A stretch of 64,000 nt of DNA from Candidatus Omnitrophota bacterium (GTDB lineage: Bacteria > Omnitrophota > Gorgyraeia > Zapsychrales > JBDRMG01): assembly GCA_043812495.1 (NCBI GenBank), contig JBDRMG010000018.1, forward strand, positions 7,651-71,650, read 5' to 3'. A program made the position numbers and the translations under genes. The notes under the pieces are model-generated. The model ran no database searches. It saw nothing but the letters and a program-made list of their open reading frames with translations, and was not told where the DNA came from. Positions 1 through 10,732 of this stretch are shown in pieces. Numbering within the stretch: the first letter of the stretch is position 1; every line of letters starts with the position of its first letter.

Positions 1-154
1 ACTCATTGCTCATCTTTCTTAACAAAATCTGCTTTATTGGCTTTTTCAATATTAAAGGAACTGTGGAAGCCAATATTAGGTCTTTTTTCTCATATAAAGA
101 GAATATTAATGACTGTTCCATATAATAAGGAAAAGACCCATAGAGCGCCACGAC

Positions 155-1204
155 TTAATTATTCTCCCGGTCCAATTCGTTCCAATATTCGATTTTATCT
201 TGGCCGGCATTATAAACACATCGAATCACTTTTAAAGAATCATCCCGATACAACTTGGCTGAACTCGTAATGGAATAATAGGACGCTTGCCCGCCCAGCA
301 ATCCTAGGACCTCCGGAACGATGCGTAATTCCTCCGGATCAATCAGTGAGTTTTCCAGCATGTAAAGAAATAACTGGCTGCCGTTTGTGAAAACAAGATC
401 ATCTTCGGTGGCTTCAATTCCATCCGATCCTCGTCGTACCGCTAGGATTCTCTGAATCATAGCTTCCTCCAGGCCGAGGGCCGCTAAAACAACTCCGGAA
501 GCCGTGTTGATATTAATTTGCCCATTTCCGTAAACGGTTAGATATTTTGAAAGTCGATCGTAAATATTTCGGTTGATGCCTTTCACGAGCAGAAGCTCAT
601 CTAAGACTTCGAACTGATTATTTTTGATGAGATAAGGAAACTCAAGGTTACTGTAAAATTCATCGGAATAGAAGCCAACCATTTCGCTTTCGTTGACTTC
701 ACGCCAGTCAACAATCGACAAAGCTAATTTTGATGCCTTAGCCTCATCGACACCCAAGACCTTCTTAATCAACTCTTTCAAAAGAGAGGCGTTCGCCGTG
801 TTGATATTGATCTTGCGCTCCTCGTCCAAGACTCCAAAATAATCATCATTCTTCTTAACCGTTTCAACATCAAAAGTAATTTTGCAGAATCCCTCCTTCA
901 AATCGATTTGACGAAAAGCCCGAGGATTATTGTGGCGCAGCTGCTTGCCGAACGCTGTATACTCAGGGCCATTTACAGAGAACTCCTGCTGGATAAGAGC
1001 GACGGCTTTTTTGACACCGGAAGCGGCTATGAGGTTCAGTTGATCGCGCCGTTCAAGCGTCGATAGCAGCATAATTTTCTGCCTGACGATTGAACCCAGC
1101 GTTAGAGCAAAAAGTGAAAGAAGCCCCAAGCTCCACAAGGCCAGAATAAGGATCGTTGCGTTTTTCTTCTTAATGAGCAAGCGGTCAAGATGTTTCATGG
1201 TCAA
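155..1204 (-). CDS. gspK: Type II secretion / type IV filament minor pseudopilin GspK-like
   Basis: 349 aa. Signal-anchor N-terminus. Internal helix-hairpin-helix-like segments (NINTASGVVLAALGLEEAMIQRIL...) typical of GspK. Last gene of the pseudopilin block; overlaps the upstream pseudopilin stop. Confidence 0.7.
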   Translation of the reverse strand: MTMKHLDRLLIKKKNATILILALWSLGLLSLFALTLGSIVRQKIMLLSTLERRDQLNLIAASGVKKAVALIQQEFSVNGPEYTAFGKQLRHNNPRAFRQIDLKEGFCKITFDVETVKKNDDYFGVLDEERKININTANASLLKELIKKVLGVDEAKASKLALSIVDWREVNESEMVGFYSDEFYSNLEFPYLIKNNQFEVLDELLLVKGINRNIYDRLSKYLTVYGNGQININTASGVVLAALGLEEAMIQRILAVRRGSDGIEATEDDLVFTNGSQLFLYMLENSLIDPEELRIVPEVLGLLGGQASYYSITSSAKLYRDDSLKVIRCVYNAGQDKIEYWNELDRENN

Positions 1205-1809
1205 CTTCCGACTGGAATAGATATCAGTTTTGTCATTTTCTTTGGCTGCTTGCCTGAAAACTCAATTTCAATCTTAATCAGCGATGGGACAATTCCCTCT
1301 GCGACCTCTTTCTCAACAAAACCTTTGGATGTTTCATAAAAGTACGTGCATGTCAAACCCCGAACATCGTTCACCAAAACACGCGATCCTTGATAGCCTT
1401 GATCCAACGCCTGGCTATAATTGGCTTGCCGCCGAAGGATTTGATGTTTGAGCGCATCATAAAAGTATTCCACCCGACCGATTTCATCGACAAACTCCTC
1501 ATCCCCATACCCCTTGGCCTTATCCCCCTTGGTCATGACAGATGCGGCAAAGGAGATGCGATCTTTTTCGGCATCAAAGCGCAGGGAGGACATGTTCATG
1601 GTTTTACGCAAATCACCGCTTATTTTATCGAAGAAAATCAGAACATCTTCTTCCTCGATAAAGCGCATCCCCCGATCCCAAATTTTGAGGCCGCTCGATA
1701 ACGCCTGATATAAAGCCAATCCGACAACGGCCATCATCGATGCCGCCAAAAGGGCCTCGACAACGGTAAATCCTTTTTTCTTTCTTTTTCTTAGCAAGCT
1801 GTATAACAT
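1201..1809 (-). CDS. Prepilin-type minor pseudopilin (GspJ-like)
   Basis: 202 aa. N-terminal prepilin cleavage/methylation motif KKKGFTVVEALLAASMMAVVGLAL. Lies between the GspI-like and GspK genes. Confidence 0.7.
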   Translation of the reverse strand: MLYSLLRKRKKKGFTVVEALLAASMMAVVGLALYQALSSGLKIWDRGMRFIEEEDVLIFFDKISGDLRKTMNMSSLRFDAEKDRISFAASVMTKGDKAKGYGDEEFVDEIGRVEYFYDALKHQILRRQANYSQALDQGYQGSRVLVNDVRGLTCTYFYETSKGFVEKEVAEGIVPSLIKIEIEFSGKQPKKMTKLISIPVGS

Positions 1810-1855
1810 GTCTGCCTTATCCTAGGAGCATCACCCGCGAGAAACATATCATTGC

Positions 1856-2272
1856 TTAGTTTTTTTGACGTGAGTCATGTTTTCCTATATAGGTCGTGCG
1901 CGAAATACGGATATCGCGCCCTCTCTCTTGCCAGAAAAGAGCAATATCCAATTGATAGACATTATTTAAATTCTCAACACTGCGAACATCCGTCTGAGTA
2001 CGAAAATCAACTGGCCGCTGATCGAATAGAACGCGATCGACAGGCTGCTGCATCTGCAGCGGAATATCTCCTTTTTCTTCAAAAACTTTCTGCATAAACG
2101 CAATACGATTATCGATCAAGGCCAGAGCGTATAGTCGATGAGTTAAGTGATTCATCGCATCCAGAGAAACAAAAAAGGCTTTATACAAAAGCACGAGGCC
2201 AAAAGACAAAATCGCCATCGTCACCATCACCTCGACAAATGTTACGCCGCATTGATTATTTTTTTTGATCAT
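1856..2272 (-). CDS. Prepilin-type minor pseudopilin (GspI/GspH-like)
   Basis: Long ORF 1856..2407 trimmed to internal Met (MIKKNNQCGVTFVEVMVTMAILS) to avoid overlap with gspG. Class III signal motif G|VTFVE followed by a hydrophobic helix. Confidence 0.65.
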   Translation of the reverse strand: MIKKNNQCGVTFVEVMVTMAILSFGLVLLYKAFFVSLDAMNHLTHRLYALALIDNRIAFMQKVFEEKGDIPLQMQQPVDRVLFDQRPVDFRTQTDVRSVENLNNVYQLDIALFWQERGRDIRISRTTYIGKHDSRQKN

Positions 2273-2282
2273 GCGAAAATTC

Positions 2283-2732
2283 CTAGAGGGCCCAATTGGT
2301 AATGTCGTCCTCTTCGTTCGATTCATTCTTTCCTTTTGAATAGAGGTCATAATCGGCTCTGTTTTCTCCCGGCGAAAGATACTGGTAAGGACGACCCCAC
2401 GGATCAATAGGTTTGCGTTCGATATAGGGACCGTTCCAGTTTGGCGGAAGTGGACTTGTCGTAGGTTTCTTCAATAGAGCGTCCAGGCCCTGGCTGGTGT
2501 TCGGAAAATTTCCGTTATCCAGTTCGTAGAGTTTGAGCGCTGTTGATAAGTGCGCGTCAATATCCGCCTTGGCCGCCACCCGTTTGGCTTGTTCCGAGCG
2601 ACCCGTCAGGCGAGGGATGATCATAGCGGATAACGCGCCGATAATAATCACAACGAGCATGATTTCAATTAACGTAAAACCTCTTGTCGTATTTTTGCTG
2701 GTCCTTCGTTGATTGTTGTTTCGTGATTCCAT
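2283..2732 (-). CDS. gspG: Type II secretion major pseudopilin GspG
   Basis: Leader MESRNNNQRRTSKNTTRG|FTLIEIMLVVIIIGALSA. Conserved GspG core ...QAKRVAAKADI...LDNGNFP...QGLDALL...PPNWNGPY...DPWGRPYQY..PG...DYDLYS.G.... Start moved to M14 of the 162-aa ORF. Confidence 0.9.
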   Translation of the reverse strand: MESRNNNQRRTSKNTTRGFTLIEIMLVVIIIGALSAMIIPRLTGRSEQAKRVAAKADIDAHLSTALKLYELDNGNFPNTSQGLDALLKKPTTSPLPPNWNGPYIERKPIDPWGRPYQYLSPGENRADYDLYSKGKNESNEEDDITNWAL

Positions 2733-2746
2733 CAATAAACCTCCGT

Positions 2747-3556
2747 TCATCGAGACGTTGCTCTTAACCACTTTTCCTCTAAGTCTTTTCTCGAGCTGAT
2801 CGAATAGGTGTAGGCACTGCGCAAGGCCTCATCCATATCCTTTCCTTCCTTAAGATTCCAGCACAAGCGTTCAAACGCGCTGCTTCCGTATGTTCGTATC
2901 AAAAAATCGATGATAGATAAACTTTGGGCATAAAATATCCGGACGATGTCCGCGTTGTTCTGTTGATAAATCTGCATTTGGAACAATGTATCAAAAGGAA
3001 TATGCTGATTCTTTTGCGCTAAAGGCTTCATGATCAATTCACCGAGTCTCTTTCGATCTTTTTCATAGAGTTGCGCAATGCCCTCATCGAACCAAACAGG
3101 AAGCGGTCGATCAAACCCGATAAAATCACGTAAAATCAGATGGCTGATTTCATGCGGCAATAAGCCGTCTAAGAATCCATGCTCCTGGCGATAGGTGACA
3201 ATGATGCGCGATCCGAAAAGCTGAGAATGATGATTGGCGTATCCACGGGACCAAAGAGGCTGTTGCGTATTGTTAACAAACGTTTCTTGATTCGGAAAGA
3301 TAATGATTTTGGCCCGATCGTTCCATGTCCAGAAGTTGGAATAGCGCGTATACCCGATTTGTGCCGCAATCTTGTCGTAGTAGCTTTCGGCTTTACGCAG
3401 AACCCGCCGGGCGGCTGACGTATCTTCTTTAAAATTATAGTAAACGATAAAGTGTTTATCCTTCAGATGCAGCCAGGGTTCGGCGTAAGCCAAGTGCGTC
3501 ATGAGAAAGATCTGAAAAACAATATAAAGATTTATAGCTATTTTGCGGCTGATCAT
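2747..3556 (-). CDS. Secreted HExxH zinc-peptidase-like protein (peptidase MA-like domain)
   Basis: 269 aa. Signal peptide (…LMTHLAYA|EP). Motif LLPHEISHLILRDF...VWFDEGIAQLYE, i.e. HExxH plus a downstream Glu. Paralogue of the CDS at 44273..45055. Embedded between gspF and gspG. Confidence 0.6.
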   Translation of the reverse strand: MISRKIAINLYIVFQIFLMTHLAYAEPWLHLKDKHFIVYYNFKEDTSAARRVLRKAESYYDKIAAQIGYTRYSNFWTWNDRAKIIIFPNQETFVNNTQQPLWSRGYANHHSQLFGSRIIVTYRQEHGFLDGLLPHEISHLILRDFIGFDRPLPVWFDEGIAQLYEKDRKRLGELIMKPLAQKNQHIPFDTLFQMQIYQQNNADIVRIFYAQSLSIIDFLIRTYGSSAFERLCWNLKEGKDMDEALRSAYTYSISSRKDLEEKWLRATSR

Positions 3557-3575
3557 AAATCACTTCGCAGGCCTT

Positions 3576-4784
3576 TTATTGGGCTAAAATATCCATTTGG
3601 AATATGGGAAGCAGCATGGCAATCACCATAAAACCAACGACAGAGCCCACAATGAGAATCATGACGGGTTCCAGCAAGGCGGTCACGGTCCTGATCTTCT
3701 CGTTGGCTTCCTGCTCATAGGAGTCAGCGACATCTCCAAGCGACTCTTCCAGGGATCCTGATTCCTCTCCGATTTTAATCATATCGCAAACCAAGACCGG
3801 GAAAAGATCTGTTTTTCTTAAGCTCTCCCCTAGCGATAATCCTTTCTCCAAATCTTCGCGACAAGGCAGGAGGCCTTCCTGAATAAATCCGTTATTTAAA
3901 GTCGGAATAGAAATGGTCAGGGCCCTCACTAGAGGAACGCCGCTTTTGATCAATAATTCTAATGTCCGTGAAAAGCGCACAATTTCGCTTTTGGAAATGA
4001 TATCACCCAAGAGGGGCAAGCGAAGTTTCAGCCGGCTCAACAAAACGCGCCCGCTTTTGGATTTTGCCCACCTGGAAACCGAAACAAGACCCACGATGAG
4101 GACGACCGAAATAACGGGCCACCCGCGGCGAATCAAGTTGCTGAGATTAATTAATATTTGCGTTGCCAAGGGAAGCTGTTGCTGCATGCTCGCAAATATA
4201 TTTGTGAGCCGGGGCATAACAAACGTCAGAATAAAGATAACGGTCGCACAACCGACGATCGCCATAAACGCGGGATAGGCTATGGCCGCACGGACTTTAC
4301 CGGAAATTTCTTCCTGCTTCTGAAGGTACTCAGAAATGCGAAGCAGCATCTCCCTGAGATTGCCCCCTTCCTCACCGGCTCTGATCATGGCGATGTAAAG
4401 GCCGGAAAAAATATTGGGATAGATGGCCAGGCATTGGGAAAAATTCTCTCCATCCTTAACGCGGCTAACGACAGACTGAATCACACCTTGAAAATAGACA
4501 TTGTGGGTTTGATTCGCCAATAAACTCAAGGCGCGCAAAAGCGGAATACCGGCCTTAAGCAGATTAGCCAGTTGCCGACTAAAAAGATAAATCTCCCTCG
4601 GGCGAACTCGTTGCGGCCTTCCAAAGCTTTTTCGTGCTGACGTTTTTGAGCACTCTTCAACGGAAATAGGAATTAATCCTAAGCGATGAACGATGTCAAT
4701 GGCTTCCTCTTGGTGGCGTGCCTCGAGCGTTCCGGCAACCGTCTCGGTGGCTCCTTTTTTGGCCTTGTAACGATATGTGGGCAT
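3576..4784 (-). CDS. gspF: Type II secretion inner-membrane platform protein GspF (PilC/MshG family)
   Basis: 402 aa. Two GspF-type repeats with three TM segments. N-terminal MPTYRYKAKKGATETVAGTLEA typical of GspF/PilC. Directly downstream of the ATPase gene. Confidence 0.9.
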   Translation of the reverse strand: MPTYRYKAKKGATETVAGTLEARHQEEAIDIVHRLGLIPISVEECSKTSARKSFGRPQRVRPREIYLFSRQLANLLKAGIPLLRALSLLANQTHNVYFQGVIQSVVSRVKDGENFSQCLAIYPNIFSGLYIAMIRAGEEGGNLREMLLRISEYLQKQEEISGKVRAAIAYPAFMAIVGCATVIFILTFVMPRLTNIFASMQQQLPLATQILINLSNLIRRGWPVISVVLIVGLVSVSRWAKSKSGRVLLSRLKLRLPLLGDIISKSEIVRFSRTLELLIKSGVPLVRALTISIPTLNNGFIQEGLLPCREDLEKGLSLGESLRKTDLFPVLVCDMIKIGEESGSLEESLGDVADSYEQEANEKIRTVTALLEPVMILIVGSVVGFMVIAMLLPIFQMDILAQ

Positions 4785-4807
4785 AAGATTGATTCCTCTC
4801 GTAATGC

Positions 4808-7030
4808 CTACGGACTGATTCGTGCGTTGACAAAATCTTTGATATGCGCGCGATCAGCGCTCGATATATCAAGAAAATAGACCGCGATACTGTACATATT
4901 CGAGAGAACGTCCTCCTCGACGCGGCAAACCTTGGCCAAGCAATCAATGCTTGGCTGATCAGACTTAAAATGTATTTTTAACTCCAGAATCGAACCGGCA
5001 GCAATCGAGTAACTCGACGTAAAGAGCAATCCGCCAGCGCTAATGTTTTTTGTCTGCGAGGAATGCTCGATCTCCCCTCGTTTGATCTTTAAATCTTGAG
5101 AATCCGTGGATTCCTCTTCAAAGACCCTGTAGCGAATCTTAACTTTTTCTTTGATCCGCGAATAAGCGCGCTGATCATATTCCTTTCTGGCTTGAGTCAT
5201 GACATTCTTGGAAATGGTGCGAAATTCTCCTATGGCTTCATCGGAAACGGAATGCCCCTTGCCCTCCGGACCCAAGGCCTCCTTGTTTTTGCCTGGCTCT
5301 CCTTTTTTCGGACCATAGTCTTCTTTGCTTGTGACATTGAGAATTTCCATAGGTGTCGTGATCCCCTCGACAACCTTTTGCCAACCGTTTTGCCGCAGCG
5401 TCATCATGCCTTCCTGCATCGCTAAGTGCTTAATATAGTTGGTCCGCGGTTTTTCTAAGATGGCCGCGCGAATCTTTTCGGTGACGATCAGGACTTCATG
5501 GATAGCTGTCCGGCCGTAAAAACCCGTATGGTTACATCGGTCGCATCCCTTGCCGGAATAGAATTTAATATCTTCGATTTTTAATCCCAGAGCTTCGGAA
5601 ATCTCTTTTTTGACTTCAAGAAACGGACTCATCACTTGATTTTTGCAATAGGGGCAAATCAACCGAACTAAACGCTGGGCCACAAAGGCCTCAACGCTTG
5701 AAGCCACCAAATACGGCTCAAGTCCCATATCGATGAGCCTGGTCACGCCGCTAGCCGCGTCATTGGTGTGCAGCGTCGAGAAAACCAAGTGGCCGGTCAA
5801 GGCGGTACGAATCGCGATTTCCGCGGTCTCGATGTCCCTCACCTCTCCGACCATGATAATATCGGGATCGTGTCTTAAAATGCTTCGCAGGCCCCGGGCA
5901 AAATCAAGATCCACCTTGGCATTCACTTGGATTTGCGTCACCCCTTCCATCTCATATTCAATAGGATCCTCGATCGTGATGATTTTGCGCTCCAGGGAGT
6001 TGATTTCATGAAGACAGGCATAGAGCGTTGTTGTCTTACCGCTTCCGGTCGGACCTGTGACAAAAATAATCCCGTGCGGTTTCTTGATGAGTTCGCGAAA
6101 TTTTTTGACATTCTCCTGATCTAATCCTAATTTCTCAAGGCTCAGAAGCATAACTTTTGACGGCAGGATGCGTAACACCATACTCTCGCCCGACGGTGTC
6201 GGCATGGTCGATACGCGCAAGTCCAGGGTCTGATCTTTTGTCTTGACGACGGCGCTTCCATCCTGCGGCAGTCGCTTCTCGACAATGCTCAAATTGGACA
6301 TGATTTTGATGCGCGAAAGAATGGACGGCAAGAAATGCCTGATATCCGCCGGCAGGTTGGCATCGACCAAAACACCGTCGATGCGATAGCGGAACCTCAG
6401 CTTGTTGCGATAGGGTTCGATATGGATATCCGTCGCTCGTTTTTTGTACGCCTCAAGGATGATTTGGTTAACGAGCTTAATGACAGAGGCGTCTTCGGAT
6501 TTTTTCTCCACGTCTTCGATGGCTTGCCGATCCATATCTTGCGGAGTTCTTCTCGCGGGTTCTTTAGTCAGAATCCTCTCAATGGTATCCGAAGCCAAAC
6601 CGTAATATTTCTTAAGCATCTCAACGATATCGGATTCCTTAGCAAGAACCATTTTAGGCTGAAACCCCAGGTTCACCCTAATTTCATCCTGAATCTTGAC
6701 ATCCAGAGGCAAGGCTACCGCGCATGTTAAAAACTTCTCTTCAACTTTGATCGGCATAAAACGATAATACCAGGCAAACCGGACAGGGACTTTTTGAACA
6801 ATGTCCTGATCCATATCGGCTTTTCGGAGATCGATCGTGTCAATCTGAAAGTGTGCGGCACAGACTTTGAGAATTTGGTCTTCGCTCACCAAGCCTTGCG
6901 CGACAATATGCGTAGAACAGGACTCGCCGGACAGCTGAACCTCGCGCAAAGACTTTGCGGCCTGCTCCGGAGTCAGAAGATTTTCTCGGACTAAAATTTC
7001 CAATAATGTTTTCTCGATTTGCTTAATCAT
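4808..7030 (-). CDS. gspE: Type II secretion / MSHA-type ATPase GspE/MshE with N-terminal MshEN-like domain and C-terminal PilZ-like domain
   Basis: 740 aa. Walker A GPTGSGKTTTLYA. Tetracysteine zinc motif CPYC...CDRC. N-terminal LLEILVRENLLTPEQAAKSLREVQ / IVAQGLVSEDQILKV repeats resemble the MshEN c-di-GMP-binding motif. The C-terminal ~110 aa carry PilZ signatures RAYSR(IKEKVKIRYRV)...NISAGGLLF. Confidence 0.9.
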   Translation of the reverse strand: MIKQIEKTLLEILVRENLLTPEQAAKSLREVQLSGESCSTHIVAQGLVSEDQILKVCAAHFQIDTIDLRKADMDQDIVQKVPVRFAWYYRFMPIKVEEKFLTCAVALPLDVKIQDEIRVNLGFQPKMVLAKESDIVEMLKKYYGLASDTIERILTKEPARRTPQDMDRQAIEDVEKKSEDASVIKLVNQIILEAYKKRATDIHIEPYRNKLRFRYRIDGVLVDANLPADIRHFLPSILSRIKIMSNLSIVEKRLPQDGSAVVKTKDQTLDLRVSTMPTPSGESMVLRILPSKVMLLSLEKLGLDQENVKKFRELIKKPHGIIFVTGPTGSGKTTTLYACLHEINSLERKIITIEDPIEYEMEGVTQIQVNAKVDLDFARGLRSILRHDPDIIMVGEVRDIETAEIAIRTALTGHLVFSTLHTNDAASGVTRLIDMGLEPYLVASSVEAFVAQRLVRLICPYCKNQVMSPFLEVKKEISEALGLKIEDIKFYSGKGCDRCNHTGFYGRTAIHEVLIVTEKIRAAILEKPRTNYIKHLAMQEGMMTLRQNGWQKVVEGITTPMEILNVTSKEDYGPKKGEPGKNKEALGPEGKGHSVSDEAIGEFRTISKNVMTQARKEYDQRAYSRIKEKVKIRYRVFEEESTDSQDLKIKRGEIEHSSQTKNISAGGLLFTSSYSIAAGSILELKIHFKSDQPSIDCLAKVCRVEEDVLSNMYSIAVYFLDISSADRAHIKDFVNARISP

Positions 7031-7034
7031 AAGT

Positions 7035-7194
7035 CGAAATATTATAATTTAATTTGTTTAATCCACCGATTCCGCCAATGGGACATTGACGGAATCGGTG
7101 TCAATTCGGCATTATGACTTATGTCGTCCGCCACTGAATCAATGGCGGACTCCATAAGTCATGGCCTCATTGAGATGGAGCGCATGGTGATTGA
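7035..7194. repeat. REP/MITE-like palindromic intergenic element (family A)
   Basis: Contains the ATTATAATTT.ATTTGTTTAATCC motif, hairpin caccgattccg...cggaatcggtg, and nested palindrome catgacttatg-tccgccactgaatcaatggcgga-cataagtcatgg. Related copies at 11318-11662, 21876-21977, 28130-28380, 36545-36620, 37296-37500 and 54515-54675. Confidence 0.7.
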
Positions 7195-8751
<1,557 letters not shown>

Positions 8752-8754
8752 TTA

Positions 8755-9606
8755 TTATCTCTTCGTCATCATTCTCGCTGTAAAGACTTCGCGCATACTT
8801 TTGTCAATATCGCCTTTTTTGGCCTTGCCAAAAGACATCTGAACACCTTTTTTTTGCTTCTGCATTTTCTGCAAGCTCGATTCTAATTGCTGAGACTGGG
8901 CCGCCGCTTCCGAGATGGCCGTATCATGCAGCATTTCGTAAATACGGCAGACAATCCACATATCGGCCAAGTAACCGATAATATCAACGGGATCAGACTC
9001 TTCAATCACCTTCTCGATGGTCTCCACAAAATCGGCTTGTTTGGTTAAGAGTTCCTCACAAGGAAGCAATTTGACAACGCGAGGTTTTTGTATCATAAAG
9101 TTCTTTGACCAGGGATAGACAACATTCGCTCGGCCGATTTTTCCGGTCATGATTTGTTCGATCAAATGATCCTTGATGTGGATGGCCGTCTCATAGAGCC
9201 CCGTTTCTTCAATATCTTCAAAAACCTTCATCTCGACACCCGGCCTTGCCATCTTAACGGCTCCTTTGCGCCCACAGGCAATCAAGAAAGAGTCTTTGTA
9301 TTTGCTTTGTTCGCTTAAGGCCGCACGGATAACGCGGCTATTCAGATCACCCATAAAGCCCGCTTCCGACGTGATCACCACGATTCCTGTAGCCGGATTG
9401 TCATTGGACACAAGCGGGTGCCTGACCCTTGAAAGACTGATCATGCGGAAAAATTCGACAAAAGACTCCCCAAAACGGGCAAAACGATCTTTTCGGTTGG
9501 CCAGCGTATGAAATTTATTGTCCGCAACGTCTTTAAGAACCTGGATGATTTGAAGCAACTCGATAATATCATCCAGATCGCCTTTAATTTTATTGGCTTT
9601 TCCCAT
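8755..9606 (-). CDS. atpG: F-type ATPase gamma subunit
   Basis: 283 aa. ...VVITSEAGFMGDLN... (the ITSDRGLCG equivalent). C-terminal helix ...REVFTARMM. Sits between the b/delta fusion and beta. Confidence 0.75.
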   Translation of the reverse strand: MGKANKIKGDLDDIIELLQIIQVLKDVADNKFHTLANRKDRFARFGESFVEFFRMISLSRVRHPLVSNDNPATGIVVITSEAGFMGDLNSRVIRAALSEQSKYKDSFLIACGRKGAVKMARPGVEMKVFEDIEETGLYETAIHIKDHLIEQIMTGKIGRANVVYPWSKNFMIQKPRVVKLLPCEELLTKQADFVETIEKVIEESDPVDIIGYLADMWIVCRIYEMLHDTAISEAAAQSQQLESSLQKMQKQKKGVQMSFGKAKKGDIDKSMREVFTARMMTKR

Positions 9607-9621
9607 ACAGCAATCCTTTGA

Positions 9622-10365
9622 TCAAGCGCCTTCGGCTCCTTCTTTTAAACTGACAGAAGTTTCCGTAATCAGATTCTGCAAACTTGCGTCCAAGGCCAAA
9701 CTGCCAAACCGTAAGACCACTCCTCCGATCACCTGAGGATCGACAGTCGTTTTGATATCGATGGTGCGCCCTAATTTCTCTTTAATAATATCGGAAATCT
9801 TTTTCTTGATATCTTCGGGCAAAGTACTTGCAACAATGATTTCCGCTGTTTCGATGTCTTTGCCGATTTGTGTCATGTCCACTTTTGTAAGACTCGCGAT
9901 AAACTCATCGGACAGTTGTTGATTGAGCAGGCCTCTGGCTTTCTCGCTTAAGACCTTCGAAAGTAAATCACCGGCATAGGTAATCATTTTGAGCTCAACT
10001 TCTTTTTTGACCTCAGAGCGCATCTGATCTTTTGTTCTCTGAGCCTTGGCGATGATCTCCTCGCTTTCGAACCTGGCTTTCTTGACAATTTCATCCCGTT
10101 CGGCCTTGGCTTTTTTATCAGCTTTTTCCAGCATCTTTTTGGTCAGTTCATCGGCCTCTTTCTTTCTTTTCTCAAGTTCCTCATTGGCGGCCTTGATCTT
10201 CTGGTCCAATTCTGTTTGCTTGGCCCTGGCTTCTTCCGTTTCGCGGTTAAGCCGTTTGACCGCTCCTTCTGTTTGCGAAACAAAAACATTTCGTAAAGTA
10301 AAAATAATGACACCCACCGCGACGACTTGCAGGAGCATAAATTTAAAGATCCACATCCAGGTCAT
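9622..10365 (-). CDS. F-type ATPase peripheral-stalk fusion: subunit b (TM + coiled coil) fused to delta/OSCP C-terminal domain only
   Basis: N-terminal TM MTWMWIFKFMLLQVVAVGVIIF. About 120 aa of charged coiled coil. C-terminus ...LGRTIDIKTTVDPQVIGGVVLRFGSLALDASLQNLI matches the delta C-terminal domain (E. coli ...[30 protein letters not shown]). The delta N-terminal helical bundle is absent. Confidence 0.75.
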   Translation of the reverse strand: MTWMWIFKFMLLQVVAVGVIIFTLRNVFVSQTEGAVKRLNRETEEARAKQTELDQKIKAANEELEKRKKEADELTKKMLEKADKKAKAERDEIVKKARFESEEIIAKAQRTKDQMRSEVKKEVELKMITYAGDLLSKVLSEKARGLLNQQLSDEFIASLTKVDMTQIGKDIETAEIIVASTLPEDIKKKISDIIKEKLGRTIDIKTTVDPQVIGGVVLRFGSLALDASLQNLITETSVSLKEGAEGA

Positions 10366-10468
10366 AGTTTGTTGCCTCCCAAATTTAGAATAATCATAAT
10401 AACGTTCATGGCAGAAATTATTTCCATTGTAATCATTTCTTAATCATTGCGTTTCGGCGAGAATATGA

Positions 10469-10713
10469 TCACTCGCCAAAACTCGACATCACATGGTAAA
10501 ACGTCAATAACATAGTGACTGAAACACCCTCCACCGCGATGAGCTGAAGCAGAATGCTCATCTGAATAGCCGGTGTTTTACTCGGAAAAAGAGAGATAGC
10601 TGCTTAATCATGCGATAACCGATCCAGGCAATAGACACGCAAGGGACCAGAATCATGAAGGCGATGATGGCAACAAGGACTAATCCTGTTGTTAAGGTCT
10701 CGCTAACAGCCAT
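10469..10713 (-). pseudogene. Second F-type ATPase c-subunit copy interrupted by a 1-nt frameshift in a T5 run
   Basis: Frame 1: MAVSETLTTGLVLVAIIAFMILVPCVSIAWIGYRMIKQLS... stops after 51 codons. Shifting by one nt at the T5 homopolymer (~10586-10596) continues as ...PSKTPAIQMSILLQLIAVEGVSVTMLLTFYHVMSSFGE. Helix 1, helix 2 and the conserved carboxylate E all align to the intact c subunit at 10733..10954. Confidence 0.6.
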
Positions 10714-10732
10714 AGGAAATACCTTCTATAAA

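Noticed and set aside
3913-4523. Two 121-aa plus-strand ORFs
   Set aside because: Antisense to the well-supported gspF gene. No motifs or RBS.
10366-10732. Searched for a hidden a-subunit (atpB) between the c and b genes
   Set aside because: Only 367 bp is available. Its minus-strand content is fully accounted for by the frameshifted second c-subunit copy.
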